Positions 1 to 8,533 of a DNA stretch of 35,443 bases are shown one piece after another (the first letter of the stretch is position 1; every line of letters begins with the position of its first letter). The position numbers and the translations under genes are program-made. The notes under the pieces are model-generated. The model was not told the DNA's origin. It made no database searches and saw nothing but the letters and a program-made list of their open reading frames with translations. The stretch covers positions 1 through 35,443 of the forward strand of contig CAJWET010000001.1 in NCBI GenBank assembly GCA_913031515.1. Reading direction: 5' to 3'. The DNA is from an uncultured Acidimicrobiaceae bacterium. GTDB taxonomy: Bacteria; Actinomycetota; Acidimicrobiia; Acidimicrobiales; UBA8592.

Positions 1-1
1 C

Positions 2-223
2 GGTCGAATAGACGAACGAAGAGAAACAATAATTATCGGAGCGGTTGCCCCACCGTCGACCTCTTCGGCAATTGTTGCTGAAACTCTTTTCCCGCATGTT
101 CTTTTTTCACCCTTATATGGAGCTACAGGACTCGCAGCACTTGTGCCAGCGAAGGAGTTTGTTGTAGAGCTTCGTCGTAAAGGAGTGAAAATTTTTGAGT
201 TTGATGGAATCCCATCGCTCTAA
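2..223 (+). CDS. C-terminal fragment of a protein running off the left edge (unknown; possibly saccharopine-dehydrogenase-like oxidoreductase C-terminus)
   Basis: Frame 2 is open from base 2 to TAA at 221-223 (GRIDERRETIIIGAVAPP...GATGLAALVPAKEFVVELRRKGVKIFEFDGIPSL*). It ends 7 bp before the convergent stop of the next gene. The product guess is weak. Confidence 0.6.
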   Translation, partial: GRIDERRETIIIGAVAPPSTSSAIVAETLFPHVLFSPLYGATGLAALVPAKEFVVELRRKGVKIFEFDGIPSL

Positions 224-230
224 AAATGTT

Positions 231-1031
231 TCAAGTTAATTTCGATAGAACTTCTTGATGGATGAGGCCATTGGTTGCTACCCAACCTTTGCTGTTTGCC
301 AGTTTTGTTTCTCCAGACCAGGTGCTTATCGTTCCTCCACATTCTGGGATAATGGTCAGCATGGCGGCAACATCGTAGGTATACAAGGACGGGTCGATCA
401 TTGCTTCAATACGTCCTGTTCCGACAAGAAAATATCCGTATCCATCACCCCATGTGCGTATTTTTGCTCCACAGGATGTGATATTCATTAAAGCTTTTTC
501 CGGCCACCAAGGTTGATCAAAACTACTGGATGAGATACAGCTTTCCTCTATTGAGTTCACCGAGGAAACAGTAGCTTGTTGTTCTCCCGTATAAGCTCCT
601 AACCCTCGCCCAGCAATAAGTGATGTTTTTAGTGCAGGAAGGTGGATTATTCCAATAGCGGGTCCGTGTTCATCAAACATCGCTAACAGCGAACTGTATA
701 AGGGAACTCCGCGAACAAACGAAGCAGTTCCATCAATGGGGTCTATGATCCATCTTCGAGAACTATTACCAACAGAATCTTCTGCTTCTTCTCCGATAAT
801 TGTGTCATTGGGGAACTCTTTACCTATTTCAGAACGAAGGAGTTCTTCTGCAGATCTATCAGCGTCCGTGACTTCAGTTCCATCTGGTTTGATATCCGTT
901 ATTAAATCAGATTTTTGAAACCAGTCCAAAGTTCGTTGAGCAGCTTCTTCTGCTACGCGACAAGCAAAAGAAAAAAGTTCTTTTTCAACAGGAGGAGTCA
1001 CTTCATAAGCATACTTTCTAACGTTTAGCAT
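231..1031 (-). CDS. hisN: Inositol monophosphatase-family protein, probable histidinol-phosphatase
   Basis: IMPase motifs VTDAD, IIGEE, WIIDPIDGT and YDVAA. The segment RTWGDGYGYFLVGTGRIE is typical of the HisN subfamily. The start may instead be the GTG at VTPP. Confidence 0.7.
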   Translation of the reverse strand: MLNVRKYAYEVTPPVEKELFSFACRVAEEAAQRTLDWFQKSDLITDIKPDGTEVTDADRSAEELLRSEIGKEFPNDTIIGEEAEDSVGNSSRRWIIDPIDGTASFVRGVPLYSSLLAMFDEHGPAIGIIHLPALKTSLIAGRGLGAYTGEQQATVSSVNSIEESCISSSSFDQPWWPEKALMNITSCGAKIRTWGDGYGYFLVGTGRIEAMIDPSLYTYDVAAMLTIIPECGGTISTWSGETKLANSKGWVATNGLIHQEVLSKLT

Positions 1032-1146
1032 TCTAAGAAATAAAACAAAACCTTGAAAACATTGGGGATTTAGATAGGACGTAGGTCTTAAAAAGGAAGT
1101 ATTTGGAGCCCATGAGGGGAAAGCCGAAACGGCGTTTACTTACCTT

Positions 1147-2361
1147 ATGACTTACTTAACCAAAATAGTTATCGCAATAATCATCGCAGCTGGAATTCTC
1201 TTTGTAGGGGTTGGAACTGCACTAGCACAAGAAACCGAACCTGCAGAAGAAGTAGTAATAGATCCGGTTGATCCCATCGTTTGTGGAGATCAAGGGGTAC
1301 TTCAGCTTCTTTCTGCAGCTGGCCATAACGGGACAGCGAACGTAAAGCGCTTTAACCTTGACACCGGCAACTACGACAACATCGGATGGAGTATCAAGCA
1401 GCACGCAGCCCATAACTCGATGGGATACAGTTTCCGAGACTTTAACGGTGCTGCTATTAACCCAGTTGACTCCAAGGTCTATGGAGCGATTAAGGGACAG
1501 CACAACCAGCAGTCAAATAGGTACTTTGTTCGCTTCGATATCGATGGCGATTTTGAAATACTAGCCAAGATTGGTCCCTGGGTGGCAGCTGGCGCATTTG
1601 ATCTGAGTGGTACTTGGTACGGACCCGCTGAGGTAGGAAGTGGGGGAGTGATCATCCCCGACCCAGCATCAATGGTTGGATATCCGACAATGGAAGCTTT
1701 TGCTGCAGCGGAGAAAACACCATTCTTTAAAGCAAACGAATTTACGTTCAATCAACCTCGAAATAATAAGAGCGCACACGACATTGTCATTGTTGAAGAA
1801 GCAGGGCAGAAACTGATGATCGGTATCTCTGACAGCGGAGTCATTCAAATAAAGGACCTTGTTACTGGAGTAGAGACAGAATTCGCTGGTCCCGTTGATG
1901 AAGGCGTAATCGCCGGTGGCGCTTACGGTGCAGCCTACAACTTCCAAAATGAGGTGTACGCCTCGAACAATGGCGGGAACGGAATGGTATGGATCGACTG
2001 GAGAAACGCCGACTACGAAAACCAGACTATCCGAGTTGTAAAAGTGTTTAACCGGACACAAAAGACCAATCGGAACGATGGACTGAACTGCATCACCGAA
2101 GCGTCACCGTTTGAGATACTGGGTTCTGGTAATAAGGATTCTGGTAATAAGGATTCTGGTGATGAGGATTCTGGTGATGAGGATTCTGGTGATGAGGATT
2201 CTGGTGATGAGGAGATAGAGAAAATTTTCTTTACTGACGATGAGAGTCAAGAAAATGGTGAAAGCCTTCCAGTAACCGGTGGCATGCACTTCATGATGAT
2301 CTTCGTAGCTCTGGGATTCATGGTCCTCGGAGGCGCAACCTTCACCTTCAGAAAGGTCTGA
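1147..2361 (+). CDS. Secreted, sortase-type cell-wall-anchored protein with a probable beta-propeller domain (DUF6923-like) and an acidic repeat stalk
   Basis: Signal peptide ending ALA|QE. Motifs FNGAAINPVDSKVYG, YGAAY, VYASNN and NDGLNC. SGNKD/SGDED repeats. C-terminal LPVTG followed by a hydrophobic helix and RKV. Confidence 0.75.
   Translation: MTYLTKIVIAIIIAAGILFVGVGTALAQETEPAEEVVIDPVDPIVCGDQGVLQLLSAAGHNGTANVKRFNLDTGNYDNIGWSIKQHAAHNSMGYSFRDFNGAAINPVDSKVYGAIKGQHNQQSNRYFVRFDIDGDFEILAKIGPWVAAGAFDLSGTWYGPAEVGSGGVIIPDPASMVGYPTMEAFAAAEKTPFFKANEFTFNQPRNNKSAHDIVIVEEAGQKLMIGISDSGVIQIKDLVTGVETEFAGPVDEGVIAGGAYGAAYNFQNEVYASNNGGNGMVWIDWRNADYENQTIRVVKVFNRTQKTNRNDGLNCITEASPFEILGSGNKDSGNKDSGDEDSGDEDSGDEDSGDEEIEKIFFTDDESQENGESLPVTGGMHFMMIFVALGFMVLGGATFTFRKV
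2124..2213 (+). repeat. In-frame 15-bp tandem repeat, 6 copies (TTCTGGTRATRAGGA)
   Basis: Two copies of ttctggtaataagga followed by four of ttctggtgatgagga. Encodes (SGNKD)2(SGDED)3SGDEE. Confidence 0.97.
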
Positions 2362-2393
2362 GTTTTAAAGACACATATATTCAAACAATTCGC

Positions 2394-3626
2394 CTAGCCG
2401 AAGGCTCCACCTTCTCGCAGCTCCTGAATGGCACTATCTTCATACCCAAGAACCTCAGAAAGAATTTGTTCTGTATGTTCCCCGACCGTTGGAGCCATCG
2501 ATGGGATGCTTTGTTCTTCGCCGATGACATTAACTGGAAGCGGGAGCTGTTCCGCCCCTAAGGCTTCTATTGGATAGAAGGGTAACCGATGTTGGAATTG
2601 GGGATCATCTGGAGCAGTTTTTGAGTCATAAACAGGGGCGATCGGGGTGTTGTGATCTTCGCTAAAATCCAACCACTCCTTACTACTTCTTTGGTTGAAA
2701 ATGTCTTGCAGGTCCTTTTGTAGTTCGGTGTTTCCCTTAGCATGATCTGCATATTTTGAGCCAGGCCATTTTTCAAACAAATCCATACGTCCAACTCCGC
2801 TGCAGAAATTTTTCCAGAAAGCCTGTTCAGAAGCCATGAACAGGATATGACCATCGCTTGAAGCGTAAATCTGGTATCTCACGCCTTCCCACATTCCGGC
2901 AAGCCCAGGGGGACGGCGTTCATAATCATCGGAAGGATTTCCAGTTACTTCATCTTCTGGCCGTTCGTATGCTCGCCAGGTCTCTATCCGATACCAGTCC
3001 ATGTAAGCGGCTGCATCAGATTGGGCGAGTTCCAACTGGCATCCAATTCCTGATTCCTTAGCGCGAGTTATTCCTGCCAGCAAGGCAAAGGCCCCCAGCA
3101 TCGGCCCAACATTGATACCCACATTCGGCATATCTCTTGGAATACGTGTGAAACCTTCCTCATCGACAGCTGGAGCTATAAGGCCCGCCCACGTGTCGTA
3201 GGCAATTCCATGGCTTGGCATATTCTGGTAGGGACCGGTCGCCCCGTAACCAGATAACGTGCAAAACACCAGTTTTGGGTTGAGTTTTTGCAACACATCA
3301 TATCCCAGTCCAAGTTTTGCTAACGTTCCCGGACGCATCGCTTCAACGACAGCATCTGCCCCTGCAGCTAACTCTTTATAGATCTTTACACCTTCGTCGG
3401 TTTTCAAATCAAGAGTTATGCTGCGTTTCCCACGATGAGTATGTAAATGAAGCAAGGAAACGCCATTGATAATTGGCCATGTCATTTGACGGATATAGTC
3501 TCCTTGCGGTGGCTCAACTTTTATTACATCTGCGCCAAGATCAGAGAAGAAAGTAGAGATCAGGCCTGGCCCAAGAAGTGAACTTTCGATTATACGTACC
3601 CCAGCAAGCAGGGGAGAGGAACTCAT
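2394..3626 (-). CDS. CaiB/BaiF family (class III) CoA-transferase
   Basis: Motifs LGADVIKVEPPQGD, HRGKRSITLDLK, EAMRPG, SGYGATGPY and APTVGEHT. The start is placed at ATG 3626 (MSSSPLL) behind an AAAGGAG Shine-Dalgarno. Confidence 0.9.
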   Translation of the reverse strand: MSSSPLLAGVRIIESSLLGPGLISTFFSDLGADVIKVEPPQGDYIRQMTWPIINGVSLLHLHTHRGKRSITLDLKTDEGVKIYKELAAGADAVVEAMRPGTLAKLGLGYDVLQKLNPKLVFCTLSGYGATGPYQNMPSHGIAYDTWAGLIAPAVDEEGFTRIPRDMPNVGINVGPMLGAFALLAGITRAKESGIGCQLELAQSDAAAYMDWYRIETWRAYERPEDEVTGNPSDDYERRPPGLAGMWEGVRYQIYASSDGHILFMASEQAFWKNFCSGVGRMDLFEKWPGSKYADHAKGNTELQKDLQDIFNQRSSKEWLDFSEDHNTPIAPVYDSKTAPDDPQFQHRLPFYPIEALGAEQLPLPVNVIGEEQSIPSMAPTVGEHTEQILSEVLGYEDSAIQELREGGAFG

Positions 3627-3757
3627 CTTCAAAGACTCCTTTCTCAATAAAGTATATTCTACGGCTGAAATACGATCTCTCGGTTCTTTGATTTAATGAA
3701 CTGGATTCTGAGGGTTTCTTGGCCACTAGACTTGGGGCCAAAAGATAAAAGCTAAAG

Positions 3758-4243
3758 ATGATACGAGAAATCAACCCACAAGATATTGAGTCAGTACTTG
3801 CAATAAACAATGATGCCGTTCCTGCCGTAAATTCCCTTAATGTTAGTGAACTTCTCGACATTGTAGATATCTCACAGAAAACTTGGGTAGTTGAAGAGGA
3901 AGATACGATCGGAGGCGTGTTAATAGTAATTGGCCCCGGAGAGTCGTACCGGAGCACAAATTACAGCTGGTTAGATAGTCAATTCACAAACTTTTGTTAT
4001 GTTGATCGGATCGTTATCGATCCAACTAATAAGAGGAAAGGATATGGACGGCTCTTGTACCTTGCTTTAGAGGAGCATGCTATCTACGTAGGTGCTGACG
4101 TGCTTCTTTGTGAAGTTAATGTTGAACCTGAGAATCCACAATCTTTGTCATTCCATGCATCGTTAGGATGGGTGCCGTTACAAGATCGAAAATATGGCCC
4201 TGGCAAAGTAGTTCGATACTTTCAAAAGTCTGTCTCTAGTTGA
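3758..4243 (+). CDS. GNAT family N-acetyltransferase
   Basis: YVDRIVI followed by the acetyl-CoA loop KRKGYG. Also CEVN..P.N..S..FH..LG. Confidence 0.85.
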   Translation: MIREINPQDIESVLAINNDAVPAVNSLNVSELLDIVDISQKTWVVEEEDTIGGVLIVIGPGESYRSTNYSWLDSQFTNFCYVDRIVIDPTNKRKGYGRLLYLALEEHAIYVGADVLLCEVNVEPENPQSLSFHASLGWVPLQDRKYGPGKVVRYFQKSVSS

Positions 4244-4317
4244 TGTTAAGACAACTTCTGCGTGCCATGCTAGAAGGAAAGAATATGAAGGAACCCGACA
4301 AAAGGGGTTAATGAGCG

Positions 4318-5235
4318 ATGCCGGCTTCAGAAAAAAAGATAACGAAAGGGACACAAACTTCAACCTTTGGTGTATCCAAAAGAGAGAATCATAATGCTAA
4401 AGACTTTTATGACCGGTTCCCCCCGCTAAAGCAGGATCAGGAACAACTTCCTGAAAAACCCAAAACCATAAATAAACTTTTTGTCGGAGATTCCAGACAC
4501 ATGGATGACGTGAATGATAACTCCGTTGCTTTAGTTGTAACCTCACCGCCCTATTACGTGGGAAAAGAATATGAACTTGAAATGGGAGAGAATGGGACAC
4601 CTACGAATTATGTTGAGTACCTGCAGATGCTTTCCGAAGTTTTTAGAGAATGCTGGAGAGTTTTAGAACCAGGGGGACGTATCGCCGTGAACGTGGCAAA
4701 TCTGGGAAGAAAACCTTACCGCTCTCTTGCAACAGACATTATTCGGATACTTCAGGATGATATTGGTTTTCTTCTCAGAGGTGAAATTATCTGGGTGAAG
4801 GCTGAGGGAGCATCTGGCAGTTGTGCGTGGGGTTCGTTCCAGTCAGCTTCCAACCCAGTTTTACGAGATGTGACGGAGAGAGTCGTCGTGGCTTCTAAAC
4901 TTCGCCTGGATCGTTCTTTAAACCGAAAGCAGCGTGAAGCTGAAGGCCTCCCATACGTTGACACGATATCCAAGGAAGATTTCATGGCGTGGACGCTCGA
5001 TACATGGCGTATCCAACCCGCTTCAGCGAAGAAAGTCGGTCACCCTGCTCCGTTCCCAATTGAGTTGCCACGTCGCCTTATTGAGCTATATTCCTATCAA
5101 AATGATCTCATCCTTGATCCTTTCTGTGGGGCAGGGACTACCGCAGTAGCAGCAAAACAAGTAGGGCGAAATTACATCGGATACGACATGGATTCGGAAT
5201 ACATTAACCTTGCGCAGGAACGTCTCAAGTCCTGA
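4318..5235 (+). CDS. Site-specific DNA amino-methyltransferase, beta class (N4-cytosine or N6-adenine)
   Basis: Catalytic motif IV TSPPY precedes HPAPFP and SAM-binding motif I LDPFCGAGTT, which is the beta order. Confidence 0.92.
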   Translation: MPASEKKITKGTQTSTFGVSKRENHNAKDFYDRFPPLKQDQEQLPEKPKTINKLFVGDSRHMDDVNDNSVALVVTSPPYYVGKEYELEMGENGTPTNYVEYLQMLSEVFRECWRVLEPGGRIAVNVANLGRKPYRSLATDIIRILQDDIGFLLRGEIIWVKAEGASGSCAWGSFQSASNPVLRDVTERVVVASKLRLDRSLNRKQREAEGLPYVDTISKEDFMAWTLDTWRIQPASAKKVGHPAPFPIELPRRLIELYSYQNDLILDPFCGAGTTAVAAKQVGRNYIGYDMDSEYINLAQERLKS

Positions 5236-5264
5236 ACGTCATCTGGTAGTTTGATGGAGTTTTT

Positions 5265-6437
5265 TTACTCAATCCACCCAATGACCCGCTGAACTAATAA
5301 ATCGACAAAAGTTTGGTCGCTTCCTTGAAGTTCTGTATCAAATGCATCCCTACCCCCCACAAATCGGTGTGCAAGTAATAATTTTGTTAACCGAATGTCT
5401 TCCAATAACGTAGAAAACGGATAATCGGAAACACCAGCGGCACAAAGGACTTTGTGGTAGTGCTCCAACATTACGGTTTCTTCGGCTTTATGTTCCGGAG
5501 TAAGAGAAGTTGTAATAAAGTATGCAACGTCCCAACCTGGACGCCCCTTAGACAGGATTTGGTAATCGATCACTACCAAGCTTCCATCTGGCCGGTACAG
5601 GATGTTATCTAGCCGGTAATCTCCATGTAGTAGTGTCCACGGAGATTCCCCGAGAGGTTTGAGTAGCTTTGGTATATCTATTTGCGCTTGATCAAGTTGC
5701 CAAATTTTTTCCTCCTCGATCAAATTTCCAAAATGTGAAAGAAATTGATCCCTGTTTCTCCGATAGCTGGCTTGCCAGACTTTGGGTAGCCGGCTCATTG
5801 TCCAGACACGTGAAGAGATACCAACAGATTTTTCAGACATCCAATGCGTTGCATGGAATTCGGCTAAGGCGGTTAGAGCCACAATGGCGTCGTCTAGTGA
5901 ACCACCCCCGACTTGACTAGGCGGCCGGGCGTCGACAATGTCCTCAATAATGAGGAGATACCGACGTAGACGGGGATTTTTTGATGCGAGCTTTAAAAAT
6001 TGGACTGTTACCCAACTGACCCCGCCTATAGGAAGGTAAGTAAAGAGAAATTCAACAAGTTTGTCTAGCCAAGGTGTCGGATCATCGTCCATAGCTGAAT
6101 AAAACAGCTTTGGCATTGGCAAACCCATCGTCCCACTTAATTTTTGATATGCAAGAATTTCCCGTTCATACAATTGCATCCCTTCCCCAAGCCCTCGATT
6201 TGCTGGGATAGAGGAGGGTACTTTAATGATCACCGATGGCGGAAGATCTGGACGGTTCGCATCCCAAGAAAGGTGGCAGCGGTAGACTTCGCCAACAAAG
6301 CCAACACCGGTCCCTATAATTTCAAGGTCTACTTCAAGGACAGCAGCCCCAAATTGTTCCTGCAGACAGTCAGAAAACCAATCAGCGGTAAATTCGTTAC
6401 CCTCCTGTGGGATGTATGGTGCTTGTGTTTTCGACAT
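5265..6437 (-). CDS. APH / ecdysteroid-kinase-like (EcKL) small-molecule phosphotransferase
   Basis: G-rich loop GTGVGFVG, IIK, YEREI, Brenner motif HGDYRLDN, IDYQ and DVAYF. Confidence 0.85.
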   Translation of the reverse strand: MSKTQAPYIPQEGNEFTADWFSDCLQEQFGAAVLEVDLEIIGTGVGFVGEVYRCHLSWDANRPDLPPSVIIKVPSSIPANRGLGEGMQLYEREILAYQKLSGTMGLPMPKLFYSAMDDDPTPWLDKLVEFLFTYLPIGGVSWVTVQFLKLASKNPRLRRYLLIIEDIVDARPPSQVGGGSLDDAIVALTALAEFHATHWMSEKSVGISSRVWTMSRLPKVWQASYRRNRDQFLSHFGNLIEEEKIWQLDQAQIDIPKLLKPLGESPWTLLHGDYRLDNILYRPDGSLVVIDYQILSKGRPGWDVAYFITTSLTPEHKAEETVMLEHYHKVLCAAGVSDYPFSTLLEDIRLTKLLLAHRFVGGRDAFDTELQGSDQTFVDLLVQRVIGWIE

Positions 6438-6569
6438 AGTCCCCTGCTAGTTCTCCAAACAAGATTGCCAGAACTGTCAGAAAAGCACAATCTAGACATT
6501 TCTTTCAACTGAAGTGAGAACTTTTTTGATGCATTAGATTTAAAGAGAAGCAGCTTTGCCATTAACCCC

Positions 6570-7277
6570 ATGAACAAAAGACAAACCTTCCCGATCTCCA
6601 CTCCTCCTATTATTGGTACCTTGAATGAAGGATCGCTTCATGCATCATTAAAACAATATGTTGCACAACCAGGTGACAAGTTCGAAGTTCCCATCGAGGG
6701 ATTCGTCATAGACATTGTCCGAGAAAAAAAACAAGAGACGATCTTGGTAGAGATACAAACAACGTCGTTCGCTTCAATGCGAAAGAAACTCTCCCATCTT
6801 CTTCAGAATTACCCGATTCGCATCATTTACCCAGTTGCTGTAGAAGCTCTCCTCGTGAAACCCGATCAGAAACCAAGAAAGTCCCCGAAAAAGGGAACGG
6901 CGCTTTCTATCTTTGAAGAACTTGTTTCTATCCCCGAGTTCATCTCTGAACCAAACCTGAGTTTCGAGGTGATGAATGTTTCAGTGAAAAAAATTCAAGA
7001 GTATGACCCATCGATGCGAAGAAGACGGGGAGGATACCGGACGGTGAATACTGAACTATCTGAAGTCTATTCCATCCAGAAGTTTGAAGGAGTTGAAGAT
7101 TTTCTTAATCTATTGCCCAAAGGACTCCCGGAAGTTTTCACAACTTCTGATATTGCCACTCTTGGAAAAATTCCAAGACAAAAAGCTCAACAAATGGCAT
7201 ATTGCTTCCGTAAAGCTGGCGTGATTCTTGAACTCGACCACACCAAAGAAGGAAAGCATTACGAAATCATCAACTAG
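6570..7277 (+). CDS. Uncharacterised protein with a PD-(D/E)XK-like nuclease N-domain and a C-terminal winged helix
   Basis: IGTLNEGSLHASLK helix, then E..VIDIV..LVEIQT (D-x12-E-x-Q). The C-terminus FTTSDIA..IPRQKAQQMAYCFRKAGVI is HTH-like. The fold is inferred from motifs. Confidence 0.6.
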   Translation: MNKRQTFPISTPPIIGTLNEGSLHASLKQYVAQPGDKFEVPIEGFVIDIVREKKQETILVEIQTTSFASMRKKLSHLLQNYPIRIIYPVAVEALLVKPDQKPRKSPKKGTALSIFEELVSIPEFISEPNLSFEVMNVSVKKIQEYDPSMRRRRGGYRTVNTELSEVYSIQKFEGVEDFLNLLPKGLPEVFTTSDIATLGKIPRQKAQQMAYCFRKAGVILELDHTKEGKHYEIIN

Positions 7278-7296
7278 AGAATTCTTGGGGATGAAA

Positions 7297-8382
7297 CTAG
7301 ATGTTAAACGCTGCTGAAGCATCAATATCAACAATGTGGTTAAAGGTTCTAGTAACATACGCTTCGGCCATAGCAGCACCTCGTTCATTTCCAGTATCAA
7401 ATGACCCTATTAAAGACATGCCGCCAGCGGTGTAATACAAGGCAGCCAGTTGATAGTGGGTAACAGCGTCATCCCAGGAATACGAAATATTTTGATCTTG
7501 TAGGAGTTCTAACCAAAGCCGCAAATACCGTTCCCAATTCTCTACTGCTAATTCTCTTGGCACACTTGTTCCTATTAAATATGCAATGTCATTGACCCCT
7601 CGTGACTTTGAACAGAGTTGAAAATCGATTAACGCTAGATCTGAGGATTCATCGTGAGGGAAAAACCAGTTATCTAGACGCGTATCAGAATGGGCAAACG
7701 TATGTGGTCCTCCGGCGAATAAATGCATAAGTTCTTCGAAACGAGGATCTAATTTTTTTGCAATTTCTATACTTTCTGCTGGCAATCGATCAGACCAGTC
7801 GCTTATCAATACTGGTAGGCCAGCTCGGAAAATACCAGGTACGGCCGCGATATAAGCGTCATCATTCTGTACTGGTAGCCAATCCAATCCAGATAGCGCA
7901 GCGTTTTCCCACCAATACGCATGGAACCCCGCAAGGGTTTTAATTGCGGCTTCAACCTGATCATTAGTAGCTCCTATAACCTGATCACCAACCGTATATT
8001 CAAGAGATAGATTTTCCATAAGAATTATGAAACGGCCATCTTCCCCCATATGTGTGTAGTAGCAATCGGGAATTCTTAAATTGGTAGATGGGGCAACCTG
8101 TTTGAAAAAATTAACTTCTCGTTGGTATATTCCCAAAGCTTGAGCAACGACGAGATTTTCCGGTTCAACGCATGGCATTTTTACCACTAATGAATCTGGA
8201 TATATCCCCTCGTCGCTATAAGTCAGTGTTAGTAAAGCAATTTCACCAAAAATTCCTGTTCCTTCTCCAATGTCTTTCACGTCGATTCCGGTGACATTAA
8301 CATTCTCGAACCGCTCCGACTTCTGAAGTGTTTTAGTCAACCAATCTGGGGTTATTGAAGAGGGGTTTAAAGGAATATCCAT
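7297..8382 (-). CDS. APH / EcKL-like small-molecule phosphotransferase
   Basis: Motifs GEGTGIFG, VVK, YQREV, HSDTRLDN, IDFQ and DIAYL. Paralogous to 5265-6437. Confidence 0.85.
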   Translation of the reverse strand: MDIPLNPSSITPDWLTKTLQKSERFENVNVTGIDVKDIGEGTGIFGEIALLTLTYSDEGIYPDSLVVKMPCVEPENLVVAQALGIYQREVNFFKQVAPSTNLRIPDCYYTHMGEDGRFIILMENLSLEYTVGDQVIGATNDQVEAAIKTLAGFHAYWWENAALSGLDWLPVQNDDAYIAAVPGIFRAGLPVLISDWSDRLPAESIEIAKKLDPRFEELMHLFAGGPHTFAHSDTRLDNWFFPHDESSDLALIDFQLCSKSRGVNDIAYLIGTSVPRELAVENWERYLRLWLELLQDQNISYSWDDAVTHYQLAALYYTAGGMSLIGSFDTGNERGAAMAEAYVTRTFNHIVDIDASAAFNI

Positions 8383-8533
8383 ATTTCAATCCAATCAGAA
8401 CAGGCTCTTAGGAACAGTCATCATAGTCTTCACCTTTGCATTCGAATGGGCAAATTCACTACAGCTTTGAGGCAAACCGTATCTCGACTGTTCAAGATGG
8501 TTACCCTAAAAGATGAAGAGTTAAAGGAAGCCC

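Noticed and set aside
2124-2213. Tandem repeat as a CRISPR array
   Set aside because: The 15-bp units are contiguous with no spacers, lie in frame in a CDS, and no cas genes are present.
2104-2289. Antisense ORF with ITRIL repeats
   Set aside because: It is the reverse-strand shadow of the VNTR.
8445-8449. Short palindrome CATTCGAATG nearby (8438-8447) upstream of glcD
   Set aside because: A 10-bp palindrome is expected by chance in 35 kb, and nothing else supports it.
8470-8505. GGCAAACC...GGTT resembling the start of a c-di-GMP-I riboswitch
   Set aside because: It lacks the GNRA-capped P2 and the downstream GACGCAAAG/P3 elements.
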